Of a stretch of 64,000 nucleotides of DNA, positions 38,964 through 48,900 are shown in pieces; position 1 is the first letter of the stretch, and every line of letters begins with the position of its first letter. Where the stretch lies: positions 1,280,001 to 1,344,000 of the forward strand of contig OZ243972.1 of the NCBI GenBank assembly GCA_965214705.1, read 5' to 3'. Source of the DNA: Alphaproteobacteria bacterium (lineage in GTDB: Bacteria > Pseudomonadota > Alphaproteobacteria > UBA828). Both the position numbers and the translations under genes were made by a program. The notes beneath the pieces are model-generated. The model searched no databases and was not told the origin of the DNA. It saw only the letters and a program-made list of their open reading frames with translations.

Positions 38964-39434
38964 ATGGCCGCGAACAGGGATCGGTTGGTCCGGGAAGCCG
39001 CCTCGCGCGGCAAGTACGCCCCGCTCTATCGCCATCTGGCCGCGAAGACCGGGCCCGACTGGCGCGTCTCTTTCGAGGAGATCGAAGCTCTACTCGGCTT
39101 CGGCCTGCCGGTCTCAGCGCGACTCTATCGGGCCTGGTGGGCGAACCAGAAGCGGGGCGCCGGGCACAGCCATGCGCTGTCCTGGTGCGCGGCGGGATGG
39201 AAGACGCGGGCCGTGGACCTCGAAGCGGAAACCCTGGTGTTCGAACGCACGGTAGCCTCGCCCGACATGGCCGGGCCAGCGCCCGGGAAAAGGAGATTCA
39301 ACCTCGACACGATCTGGCCCGCGATCCCCGGCGGTTCCTGGCCCCCCGGCTTCACGGTCAGCCGCGAGCAGATCTACGACGAGGCCGGGCGTCTGACAGG
39401 CGGGCCGCAGGACGAGGCCGAACACGGCCGCTGA
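38964..39434 (+). CDS. DUF7662-like domain with antitoxin-like tail
   Basis: KYAPLYRHL...SFEEIEALLG...WWAN; tail SREQIYDE; precedes PIN gene. Confidence 0.65.
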   Translation: MAANRDRLVREAASRGKYAPLYRHLAAKTGPDWRVSFEEIEALLGFGLPVSARLYRAWWANQKRGAGHSHALSWCAAGWKTRAVDLEAETLVFERTVASPDMAGPAPGKRRFNLDTIWPAIPGGSWPPGFTVSREQIYDEAGRLTGGPQDEAEHGR

Positions 39435-39444
39435 AGCATCGCGC

Positions 39445-39879
39445 ATGTTCGTTGACACCAACGTCCTGGTCCGGGCGCGTTTCGAGGCGGCCCCGAGCCA
39501 CTCCCTCGCCCGGCGGCGGATGCAGGAGGCCGGGGAGAGCGGCGAAGCGCTGCGCATCAGCCGGCAGGTCCTGCGGGAGTACCTGGCCACGGTGACCCGC
39601 CCGCAATCCTGGTCTCCGCCGGTCGCCATGGACGCGGCCTTGGCACACATTGCTTCGCTGGAGGGCGCGTTCGAGATCCTGGAGGACGGCCCGAGGGTGA
39701 CGCAGACGCTCACGGGTCTGTGTCGTGAGGTTCCCGTCGCGGGGCGGCAGATCCACGACGCCAATATCGCGGCGACCATGCTGGCCCACGGCGAGCGGAG
39801 GTTGCTGACGTTCAACGCCGGCGATTTCCGCCGCTATGGCGAGCGCATCGAACTGATCGACATGGAGGGAGCGCCATGA
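39445..39879 (+). CDS. vapC: PIN-domain VapC-family toxin
   Basis: FVDTNVL, QVLRE, IHDANIAA, LLTFN. Confidence 0.9.
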   Translation: MFVDTNVLVRARFEAAPSHSLARRRMQEAGESGEALRISRQVLREYLATVTRPQSWSPPVAMDAALAHIASLEGAFEILEDGPRVTQTLTGLCREVPVAGRQIHDANIAATMLAHGERRLLTFNAGDFRRYGERIELIDMEGAP

Positions 39880-42800
39880 GCGGCACGGACACGCGGGACG
39901 CGGCGCCCGCGGCCAAGCAGAGGGTCGAAAGGAGCCTGGAAGCGCTCCGGACCGGGCTCGGTCCCTATGTCGCCAGGCACATGCGCGACCGCCACGGCAA
40001 CCACTGGCGCCACCACGCGAGCCGCGCGCAAGGTGACGAGGCCGGCGGGGAGCTCGACGTCTATGCGCTCCTGAAGACGGTGCTCGACAACTGGAACGAC
40101 CTGTTCCGGCACGACGCCAAGCTCAGGAAGGCGCGGAGCTTCATTTCCCTTGCCATGGACGCGCGCAACAGTGCGGCACATTTCACCGGGGCGATGACCT
40201 CTCGCGAGGCGCTGCGATATCTCGACGCCATGCGGGAGCTGGCGGTCGCGGTGGCAGCCGAGCGGCAGGCGAAGATCGTCGAGAAACTCTACGACGAACA
40301 GCGGGCAGCGAACGGCGCCGGGCGCTCTCCGGAAACCCCGGCGCTGGCCCTCGACGAGCCTCCGGCACCGGAAGCGCTGCGCCCGTGGCGCGAGGTCTGC
40401 GAGCCCCACCCGGATGTGCTCGAAGCGCGCTTCTCCGATGCCGAGTTCACCGCAAATCTCGCACTGGTCGACCAGGGCGAGGGCAGCGAGGAGTACGTCG
40501 ACCCGGCGGCGTTCTTCCGCATCACCTACGCGACCGAGGGCCTGCGGCGCGTGTTGACGGCAACGATCCTGCGTCTGGCTGGCAGGGGCGGCGATCCGGT
40601 GATCGGGCTTCAGACCAATTTCGGCGGCGGCAAGACCCACACCATGCTGGCGCTTCACCATCTGGCCGGCGCCGCCGACGCTGGTTACGAGGCGCACAGG
40701 CTCGCCGGCATGGCGCCGATCTTCGAGGCTGCGGGCATCGACACGCTCGACCCGGTCAAACGAGCCGTGTTCGTCGGCACTCACAAGGGCGCGGCCGAGG
40801 CGATGCATTCGGAGGAAGGCCGCGAGATCCGTACCTTGTGGGGCTACCTCGCCTGGCGCCTCGGCGGCTGGGAGGCGGTCGAGACCATCTCCGCTTCCGA
40901 GGCCGCCGGCACCAATCCGGGATCGGAACGGCTGATCCCGATCCTGCGCAACGCCGCGCCGTGCCTGATCCTGATGGACGAGGTCGTTGCCTTCGCGCGG
41001 CAGTTGCGCGGCCTCGAGTACGACGCCTTCCACGCCTTCATCCAGTCTCTGACGGAGGCCGCGGCGGCGGCCGAGGGGGTCGTCGTCGTGGGCTCGCTGC
41101 CGGAGTCCGGCGCCGAGGTCGGCGACGAGCAGGGCCGCGACGCGCTCCGGCGGCTGGAAAAGATCTTCGGCCGCGTGCAATCGGCGTGGACGCCGGCGAG
41201 CGGCATCGAGACCTTCGAGATTGTCCGCCGGCGCCTGTTCCAGCCTCTGGACGAGGCAGGAGAAGAATCCCGCGATGAGACCGTCCGGGCGTTTCGCAGG
41301 CTCTACCGCGACAACCGGGCGGACTTTCCGGCGGGGATGCACGACGCTGCCTACGAGGAGCAGATGCGCCGGGCCTATCCCCTCCATCCCGAGCTGCTGC
41401 GGAGGTTCTCCGGCGACTGGTCGGTGCTCGACAAGTTCCAGCGCACCCGAGGCATCCTCAAGATCATGGCGAATGCCGTCTATGCGCTGTGGAGCGGGGA
41501 GAGCAACGCGCCGCTGATCACGCCGGCGCTGCTGCCGTTCCGCGACGACAAGGTGCGCACCGCGCTGCTGGAGCCGCTTGACCGTGCGTTCGGGCCGATC
41601 CTGCAATCGGAGGTCGACGGCGATCAGTCGCTGACGGCCCGGATCGAGGCGCAGCGTCCGCGCCTTTCCAGATCGAAGGCGGCGACGCTGGCGGCACGGT
41701 CGGTGTTCTTCGCCACCGCGCCGCATGGCGGGGCCGCTCGAGGCGGCATGACGGGCGCCGAGCTTCGGCTTGCCTGCGCCCAGCCCGGCGACCAGATCGC
41801 CATATTCGGCGAAGCGCTGCAGGAGATCGCGGCGCGCTCGGCCCATCTCTACCGCGACGGCGAGAGCTACTGGTTCTCGCCCCAGCCGACGCTGAACAAG
41901 CTGGCCGCCGACCGTGCCCGGGACGTGAGCGAGGAACGGGCCGACCGGCGCATCGTCGAAATCCTGCGCGAGGAACAGCGCGGCCGCGCCGGGTTCCCCC
42001 GGGTGCATGCCGCGCCCGACAACCTGGCCGATATCGAGGACCGGCGCTCCACCGCGCTGATCATGCTGCCGCCGTCGGCGCCGCACGATGCCGGCGCAGG
42101 CCCCGGATCCGAGGCCGCCGCCTTGGCGCGGGAGGCGCTTGAGCGAAGGGCCGGCGGTCAGCGCCAATACTGCAACGCCCTGGTGTTCGTTGCCGCGGAC
42201 GCGTCGAACGTCGGGGCGGCCCGCGAGAACGCTCGCCGCGAGCGCGCCTGGGATTCGATCGTGAACGACGCCGATCTGAGACAGAACCTGACACAGGCGC
42301 AATCGACCGACGCCCAGACGCAAGCGGGGCGCAGCCGCGAGGCCCTGCGGCAGAGCATTCGGGGAGCCTGGGTCCATGTGCTCTACCCGGCACCGCTCGG
42401 CGAGGGTGGCGGCACCCCGGCTGGGAACGCCCGTTACCTCATACGCTCGACGCGGCTGGTGAACCGCGGCGCAGCCAAGGGCATCCCCCAAGCGGTCTGG
42501 GATAAGGCCGGCACGGACGGCACCGTGATCGGAGAGATCGGGCCCGGCAACCTGATGAGAAGCCTCGATCCCATCTGGCCACCTGATCGACCGCACATTT
42601 CGGTCGATGAAATCCGGAAGTGGTTCGCGTCCTACGTCTACCTGCCGCGGCTGCGTGACGAGGCCACCCTTGATGGCGCGCTGCAGCGGCTGGTCGAGGA
42701 CATGGCCAGCCCCTATGCCTACGCGTCGGCCTTCGATGAAGACACCGGCGCCTATGAGGGCGTGATCGACGGCAAGGCCCAGTTGCCTGGCGGTCTTGGC

Positions 42801-43190
42801 GACGGACTTCTGGTGCGCCGTGAAGCAATCCCAACGGAAGAGCGCGAGCCCGCTTCCGATGAAGGAGACGGCGCGCTCGGGCATCCTGAGGGTTCCGGGC
42901 CGAGCCCGGAGCAGCCCGGAGCGGAACCGATACCGGCCGAGCCGCTTCCGGGACGTTTCTTCGCGAGCATCCCGCTCGAGCCCGAGCGCGCCGGTCTCGA
43001 AGTCGCGCGCATCATGGACGGGCTCCTGGTTGAGCTCACCGGATCGCCAGGGGCGAACATTCGGCTCACACTCGAAATCGAGGGAACGTCAGCCGACCCG
43101 GGTTATCCCAAGGATGTCGTCGAGACGGTCAAGGCCAATGCCCTCGACCTGAAGCTGGATCCGGACTCGTTCGGCTTCGAGGAGAACTGA
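39876..43190 (+). CDS. Swt1-like HEPN + DUF499 AAA ATPase
   Basis: RNSAAH HEPN motif, LRPWREV..PHPDV, TNFGGGKTH, LMDE, YPLHPE, FQRTRG. Confidence 0.9.
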   Translation: MSGTDTRDAAPAAKQRVERSLEALRTGLGPYVARHMRDRHGNHWRHHASRAQGDEAGGELDVYALLKTVLDNWNDLFRHDAKLRKARSFISLAMDARNSAAHFTGAMTSREALRYLDAMRELAVAVAAERQAKIVEKLYDEQRAANGAGRSPETPALALDEPPAPEALRPWREVCEPHPDVLEARFSDAEFTANLALVDQGEGSEEYVDPAAFFRITYATEGLRRVLTATILRLAGRGGDPVIGLQTNFGGGKTHTMLALHHLAGAADAGYEAHRLAGMAPIFEAAGIDTLDPVKRAVFVGTHKGAAEAMHSEEGREIRTLWGYLAWRLGGWEAVETISASEAAGTNPGSERLIPILRNAAPCLILMDEVVAFARQLRGLEYDAFHAFIQSLTEAAAAAEGVVVVGSLPESGAEVGDEQGRDALRRLEKIFGRVQSAWTPASGIETFEIVRRRLFQPLDEAGEESRDETVRAFRRLYRDNRADFPAGMHDAAYEEQMRRAYPLHPELLRRFSGDWSVLDKFQRTRGILKIMANAVYALWSGESNAPLITPALLPFRDDKVRTALLEPLDRAFGPILQSEVDGDQSLTARIEAQRPRLSRSKAATLAARSVFFATAPHGGAARGGMTGAELRLACAQPGDQIAIFGEALQEIAARSAHLYRDGESYWFSPQPTLNKLAADRARDVSEERADRRIVEILREEQRGRAGFPRVHAAPDNLADIEDRRSTALIMLPPSAPHDAGAGPGSEAAALAREALERRAGGQRQYCNALVFVAADASNVGAARENARRERAWDSIVNDADLRQNLTQAQSTDAQTQAGRSREALRQSIRGAWVHVLYPAPLGEGGGTPAGNARYLIRSTRLVNRGAAKGIPQAVWDKAGTDGTVIGEIGPGNLMRSLDPIWPPDRPHISVDEIRKWFASYVYLPRLRDEATLDGALQRLVEDMASPYAYASAFDEDTGAYEGVIDGKAQLPGGLGDGLLVRREAIPTEEREPASDEGDGALGHPEGSGPSPEQPGAEPIPAEPLPGRFFASIPLEPERAGLEVARIMDGLLVELTGSPGANIRLTLEIEGTSADPGYPKDVVETVKANALDLKLDPDSFGFEEN

Positions 43191-43640
43191 TACAGATCGC
43201 AGGATGCCCACTGCACGCCCCGGGATCGCGATCCTGCGGCCTCCTCGGTCTCGACCGCACCGGATGCCGGGTCTCTCGACGGCCGCAGACCGGTGCGCTT
43301 GTTTGCCGCACGGAGCGCGCGCCGGTGACGACCAGCCATGCGGCGAACCCGTGACGCCGATTGCCGCGGTCTGCCAGCACCCGTCGGGCACTGCGTGACC
43401 TCGTCGCCATCGACGGGCGAAGCCGCCTCCGTCCAGGTTTACGTCGCGCGATGACGGCGTCGAGGCTTTCCGCCGCCGCCGTCGACCGACATGCATCCCG
43501 CCGTCTCCCGTCTCTCATGCCACCGCCAGGGCCGCACGCTGCCGAGAGCGAGAGTCTGGCCGGGAGTGGGCGCGGCGGGTCGCGTCCGGCGAGAGGGCGC
43601 GGCCGCCGTTTCTACCCACCAGCCAGCGGGAGGCGGCACA

Positions 43641-43958
43641 ATGCGGACATCCGGCACTGTCCATCGAAGCGCCAGGACCTTTCTCACTCACTTCTTCGGC
43701 CGCGGCCTCGACGACGAGCGCTATGTCGTCGAGAGGTTCCAGTCCGATTACGAGGGCCAGATCCGGTCCTGGCGTCCCAGCAAGGAGTCGAACGGCGGGC
43801 GGAAGGAGGCACGAAAGGTGATGAGCCTGCGCGCCGTTCAGCGCCTGCGGCCCGAGCGCAACGAAATCATCGTGGCGACCGGGATCGAGCTCGCCGGCGG
43901 GGTACAGCTCTATGGCAACCTCGCCTGCGGTTTGTTCGCCGGCGGCAGGCATCGGTGA
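43641..43958 (+). CDS. Hypothetical protein
   Basis: GGAGG upstream of ATG, plausible composition, no family recognised. Confidence 0.35.
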   Translation: MRTSGTVHRSARTFLTHFFGRGLDDERYVVERFQSDYEGQIRSWRPSKESNGGRKEARKVMSLRAVQRLRPERNEIIVATGIELAGGVQLYGNLACGLFAGGRHR

Positions 43959-43993
43959 TGCGTGCCGGGGGCGTCCACATAACGTGAATCTTC

Positions 43994-44185
43994 GCGGGAT
44001 TGGGGGACGGACTGGTGCACCGCCGCCGGAAACCGCCCGGATAAGAGTTGGGTAGGTGCACAGGTGCGCGACCGATGCGAAAAGCGTTCCGACCTGGCAG
44101 GAGCCGGCGCCGAATCCACCATCTGAGGGAGGGCAGGAGATGCGGACAGGAACAGGGTAGATTTCTCGACGGAAACGGCCTCGTC
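43994..44185 (+). ncRNA. Orphan copy of an IS1111-type non-coding end (bridge-RNA donor loop)
   Basis: Aligns by eye to reverse complement of 46850-46989, sharing AACCGCCCGGATAAGAGTTGGGTA and AAGCGTTCCGACCTGGCA. Confidence 0.7.
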
Positions 44186-44302
44186 CCGTGCAGGAATTAC
44201 CAGGAAGGATTGAATGCTGCGAGACGGCGACGAAAATCAGAACGAACTAGCCGCGCCACCGGTGCCCCCACTCCATCAACGGCCTGATTTCCAGCCATAG
44301 CG

Positions 44303-45019
44303 TTACCGGAAGTCCCGGGAGTTGGGAATCACGCGCTGATTGCGCGGGTGACGGGCGGGTGCCCCGGCGAGCCGCCTGCCGCCCTGCGGCGCGGCGCCTT
44401 GGTCCGGCGTCAGCAGGTCGAGCCAGTAGGTCAAATCTTCCAGGTGGGCCGCGACCAGATGGACGATCTCGCCGGCGCGCTGCACCCGGCCCCGCACCAG
44501 CGCGAGGCGCCCGCCCAGCACCGCCCGGCGGTACCGCTCCAGGATGTTGGGCCAGACCACGACGTTCACGGTCCCGCTCTCGTCCTCCAGCGTCATGAAG
44601 ATCACGCCCTTGGCGCTGCCCGGCCGCTGGCGCACCAGCACGAGCCCGGCCGTCGCCGCCCGATCTCCGTCCCGCGCGCGCGCCATCGCCTCGGCCGCAA
44701 GCGCGCCCTGGGCCGCGAGCCGCTCACGCAGGAAGGAGAGCGGATGGGCTCTCAGCGAGAGGCGGAGGGTGCGGTAGTCCTCGACCACCTGCTCGCCGTC
44801 GGCCATGGCCGGCAGCGCCACCGCCGGCTCCGGCTCCTCCCCGCACCGGTCCGCGGCCTCGAAGAGCGGCAGCGGCGGCGCCTTGGCCAGCGCGCGGGCC
44901 TGCCACAACGCCTGGCGGCGCACGAGACCCATGGAACGGAAGGCATCCGCCCCCGCCAGGGTCTCGATGACGGAGGCCGAGATCCCCGCGCGGCGGGCGA
45001 GCGTGCCGATATCGGGATA
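44303..45019 (-). pseudogene. dnaE2: dnaE2 C-terminal fragment (OB fold)
   Basis: AGLVLVRQRPGSAKGVIFMTLEDE, terminal SRDFR; joins the 5' part as HAPYPDIG. Confidence 0.93.
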
Positions 45020-46849
45020 CCCAAGTTGGCACTTTTTCCGGTTGCTCAATGCCGGTCTGCCCATATTTTGCGGACCGAAGTACCACATATTGGGGTGGCT
45101 CCGAGATGATGCCACTATATATGTAATTGAGACGCTGGAAGCGCGTTGTAGTGCCAGGAGTTGTTAGGTATTGACGATTTTCCCTTGACCCCAGACCCCA
45201 AGCCGACAAATCTTGGCCCCTCGCAACAATCTCGCGACGGGCGACATGTTCATCAGGGCAACCAAGACCCACACCACCGACGGCAAGCCCGTCCGAAGCC
45301 ATCGCCTCGTACTCTCCCAGCGCATCGGCGACAAGGTCAGGCAGCGCACGCTCCTCAACCTCGGCACCGACTATCCGGTGCCGAAGGAGAAATGGCGCGA
45401 AGTGGCCGAACTCGCCGAGGCGCTGCTGCACGGCCGCCCGCCGCTGCTCCAAGCCGTCCCGGACGTGCAGGCCGCAGCCGAGGATATCGTCGCCAAGCTC
45501 AGGGCCAGGGGGTTCCGCGTCGAGGCGATGCAGGAAGAGGCGCGCAAGCCCGACATCGCCACCGTCGACCTCGATACCCTGGAGCACGAGAACCCGCGCA
45601 CGGTCGGCTGCGAGCGCCTGTGCCTCAAGGCCCTCGACGCCCTCGGCTTCGCCGAAATCCTCCACGGCCTCGACATCAAGGGCCGCGACGGGCGCATCGC
45701 CAGCGCGCTGATCGTCGCCAGGATGGTCCATCCCGCCAGCGAGCGTGAGACCAGATGCCGTAATGGGGCGCGGCATCAACCGGCACCGTTGGAGCCTGTA
45801 CCGATGACGGCGAATCGGGGTGTCGTTGCCCTTACACGCTGAGCGTGTCCACGGGGTCTTGCCGGAAGGCGCGCCCCAATTCCTCGAAAGAAAAGGGCAA
45901 CGACATGGATGTCTATATCGGGCTGGATGTATCGCTGGCAAGCACGACAATCTGCGTGATCGGCGAGAAGGGCAAGATCGTGACCGAGGCGCAGGTCGCC
46001 AGCACGCCTGAAGCGCTGGTCGTGTTCATGGGCAAGCTGGAGCACGAGATCGCGGCGATCGGTCTCGAGGCCGGTCCCCTGTCCCACTGGCTGCACAAGG
46101 GGCTGACCGACGCCGGCTTCGAGGCCGTGCTGATGGAGACCCGGCGGGTGAAGGCGGCGCTGAAGGCGATGCCGATCAAGACGGATCGGCGGGATGCCGA
46201 GGGCATCGCGCGTCTTCTGCAGATGGGCTGGTTCAGGCCGGTGCACTGCAAGTCGGTATCGTCGCAGGAGATGCGCGCACTTCTGACCTCGCGCAGGTCC
46301 GTGAAGGACGCGCTCACCGATATGGAACTCTCGGCGCGCGGCGTGTTGCGCAACTTTGGCCTGAAGCTGGGCCAGGTCTCGAAGGGCCGCTGGGAGGCCC
46401 GCGTCCGGGAGTTGATCGCGGGCAACGCGATGCTGGAAGCCGCGGCTGAACCGATCCTGAGAGCACGGGTGGCCCTGCGCCGCGAGCTGGCCGGCCTGGA
46501 AAAGCTGGTCCGCGACCTGGCCAGGGAGGATCCGGTGTGCCGGCTCCTGATGACCATGCCCGGCGTGGGCCCGGTCGTGGCCCTGACGTTCACGTCCGCG
46601 ATCGACGATCCCGAGCGGTTCCGGAGATCGAAGGATGTCGGCCCCTGGGTGGGACTGACGCCGGGCCGGGACCAATCCGGCGAGCGAGATATTGTCGGCG
46701 GCATCACGAAGTGCGGCGACGCAGGTCTGCGGGCCGCGCTGTATCAGGCGGCCACGGTGATGCTGAACTGCACCGCCGGGCCGAACTGGCTCTTATGGGG
46801 CTGTAGAATGTCAAACAAGAAATTCAGAACCAGCTACCACATGTGTCGG

Positions 46850-47100
46850 CCTCCCTGGGTTCGCAGGATCGGCGGCTACTCTTGCCAGGTCGGAACGCTT
46901 GTTGCACCGGTCACACGGCTTTGCGCGTACCCAACTCTTATCCGGGCGGTTGCCAGCGGCGAGACGCTGGCTCCATCCCACAATCCCGCTTGCTGCGGGC
47001 ACAGCGTTCCGGAGGCGGGGCCCATCTGAAGGTCGGCGTCTTTCAGCCCGCCAGTTCTCCGGCCACACGCCACCCGGCCCAGCGCCGGCCGCGTCCGGCT
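46850..47100 (-). ncRNA. Bridge/seek RNA of IS110-B (approximate bounds)
   Basis: Target guides GAACTGG and CCTTCAG; donor guides GGAT and ATAAGAG. Confidence 0.8.
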
Positions 47101-47127
47101 GACGCAAGAACGGAACGGTCTCACGAT

Positions 47128-48324
47128 TCAGGCGATCCTGGCGCCCGTCGGCACGAGACCGGTTTCAGAGAACCGCCACAAGGCGATGAGCAGCTTCCGG
47201 GCAAGTGCTACAACCATCACTCGACGGATGCGCCCGCGCCCGCCAGCAGTGCGCTTTTCGAACCACTCGCTAAGTGCACTATCGGGCTGATGGCGCAGCC
47301 AGCGCCACGCCATTTCGATGAGTTGAGATCGGACCCAGCCAGGGCCATCTCGGCCGATCCCTTGGTCTCGGTGCGTGTCACCGCTCGCCCACGGGGTTGG
47401 CGCCAGGCCGACCCAGCTCGCGAGTTCGCGGCGGTTTCGGAAGTCGCGATAGAAAATCTCATTGGTGAGCAGGGTCGCATCGTTTTTGCCGATCCCCTTG
47501 AGCCGGGCCAGCGTTGCGATCTTCGCCGCCGCCTGTTTATCGCTCCCCTCCGAGACATCCGTGATCGGGAGGTCGGCTCCCGACCGTGCGACCGCGTCGC
47601 GCTCGGCCTCGACATCTGCGAGCTGTCGTTCCACCAAGGACAACCTCTCCTTGAGCCGCTCGATCTCCATACGCGCCCGCGGCGGGAACGGTGAGCCGTA
47701 CGCGGTCACCACTTCCGCGAACTCCTCCTCGAACTCCTTGGCTCGGGGGGCCAGGTCGAAGACCCCTTGCAGCTTGAGCAGCCCTTTGATCGAGTTCGTC
47801 AGTGAGGTCCGCTCTTTCACCAGCCGCCGACGCTCACGAAGCAGGCGCTTGCGGTCCTCTTCCTCCACGCTCGGCACCCGCACCCGGCTCAGCACTGCAG
47901 CGTCGCCTCGGTCGTGCGCCAGTAGCGCGCGCACCATCTTCTTCGCATCGATCCGATCCGTCTTGCGCTGCTTCGCTTTTCGGTTCACCAGCAGACTCGC
48001 CGGATCGAGCACCACTGTCTCAATGGACATCTCCTGATCTAACCAGCGCACAAGCCAGAAGCCCTGGTAGCCCGCCTCGTAGCAACACAGAACACGCACC
48101 TCTCGGCCGAGAGCCTGTTCAGCCTTGGCTCGCTGCTTCTCGATCAATTCCTTGAGCCCTTCGACCGTCGCCGCGTCCACTGGCCCCAGTGAATGCAGCC
48201 CGATCCGATCACTGGCAGGGCTCTTCACTCCCACCACCCAGCTCTTTCCGCTGATCTCGATGGCAACGTACAGCGTGCTATGCTCTGCGTTGACCGGCGC
48301 GGCGGTCTCGTTCGTTGGGGACAT
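47128..48324 (-). CDS. IS110-family transposase (B)
   Basis: YVAIEIS, CYEAG, KTDRIDA, GLAPTPWASG, VALARKLL. Confidence 0.93.
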   Translation of the reverse strand: MSPTNETAAPVNAEHSTLYVAIEISGKSWVVGVKSPASDRIGLHSLGPVDAATVEGLKELIEKQRAKAEQALGREVRVLCCYEAGYQGFWLVRWLDQEMSIETVVLDPASLLVNRKAKQRKTDRIDAKKMVRALLAHDRGDAAVLSRVRVPSVEEEDRKRLLRERRRLVKERTSLTNSIKGLLKLQGVFDLAPRAKEFEEEFAEVVTAYGSPFPPRARMEIERLKERLSLVERQLADVEAERDAVARSGADLPITDVSEGSDKQAAAKIATLARLKGIGKNDATLLTNEIFYRDFRNRRELASWVGLAPTPWASGDTHRDQGIGRDGPGWVRSQLIEMAWRWLRHQPDSALSEWFEKRTAGGRGRIRRVMVVALARKLLIALWRFSETGLVPTGARIA

Positions 48325-48599
48325 CTCTTGTCTCCTGATGAGGTCTGGCGAGAACGGCACCGTAGTGCCGGTCTCCGAGTCGGCCCCATAGGATCTGAAG
48401 GCCTGGACGCTGCGTCTGGCGAAGCTCCGTGGCAAGAAGCGTGCGACCGTCGCCTTGGCCCGGCGCATCGGCGTGGTACTTCACCGGATGTGGCGGGACG
48501 GTACCGAGTTCCGCTTCACGCGCGAGGAGGCGATGGCGCTCCAGATGGCATAGGCGCGGCTGCATCCCACCGGCAATCAGCAGCGAGAGGAGGAAAGAG

Positions 48600-48900
48600 C
48601 CGCGCCTGAAGGTGGCGATCCACCGCTATCCCCTCGCCGGGACGCGGTTCCCGATGATGCACGTGCTAGCGGCTGTTGCCGAATCGCCTCTTGGCGTTCG
48701 AGCACGCAGACCAGATCGGCACTCGGGAATCGTCTTGGACCAGGCATGAAGTTGGCAGCCGCTCTGCGCTGACCACGGACGGAAGCGAGAGCCTGGCGAC
48801 GGGGACATATCCGGGGGTCCCGCTTCCTTCACCGTGCCGTGTCGACGAGCCCGTTAGCCGCCAAGGCAACCACCTGTGTCGATCATGTTGACCATGCCTG
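48600..48900 (+). ncRNA. Bridge/seek RNA of IS110-A (approximate bounds)
   Basis: Target guides AGCGGCT (48668) and AGACCAG (48708); donor guides GGCAT (48743) and ACGGAAG (48779). Confidence 0.8.

Larger units (their letters stand above)
46792..48396 (-). mobile_element. IS110 family (IS1111 group) element B, intact
   Basis: Subterminal IR TATGGGGC/GCCCCATA, CT core at 46790-46791 and 48395-48396. Confidence 0.9.
45905..48553 (+). pseudogene. IS110-A transposase interrupted between 46791 and 48397
   Basis: YIGLDVS, GLEAG, KTDRRDA, GLTPGRDQSG; halves join as PNWLKAW. Confidence 0.9.

Noticed and set aside
46792-47029. C-terminus of ORF 45845-47029 as a real domain
   Set aside because: Read-through into the IS110-B non-coding end
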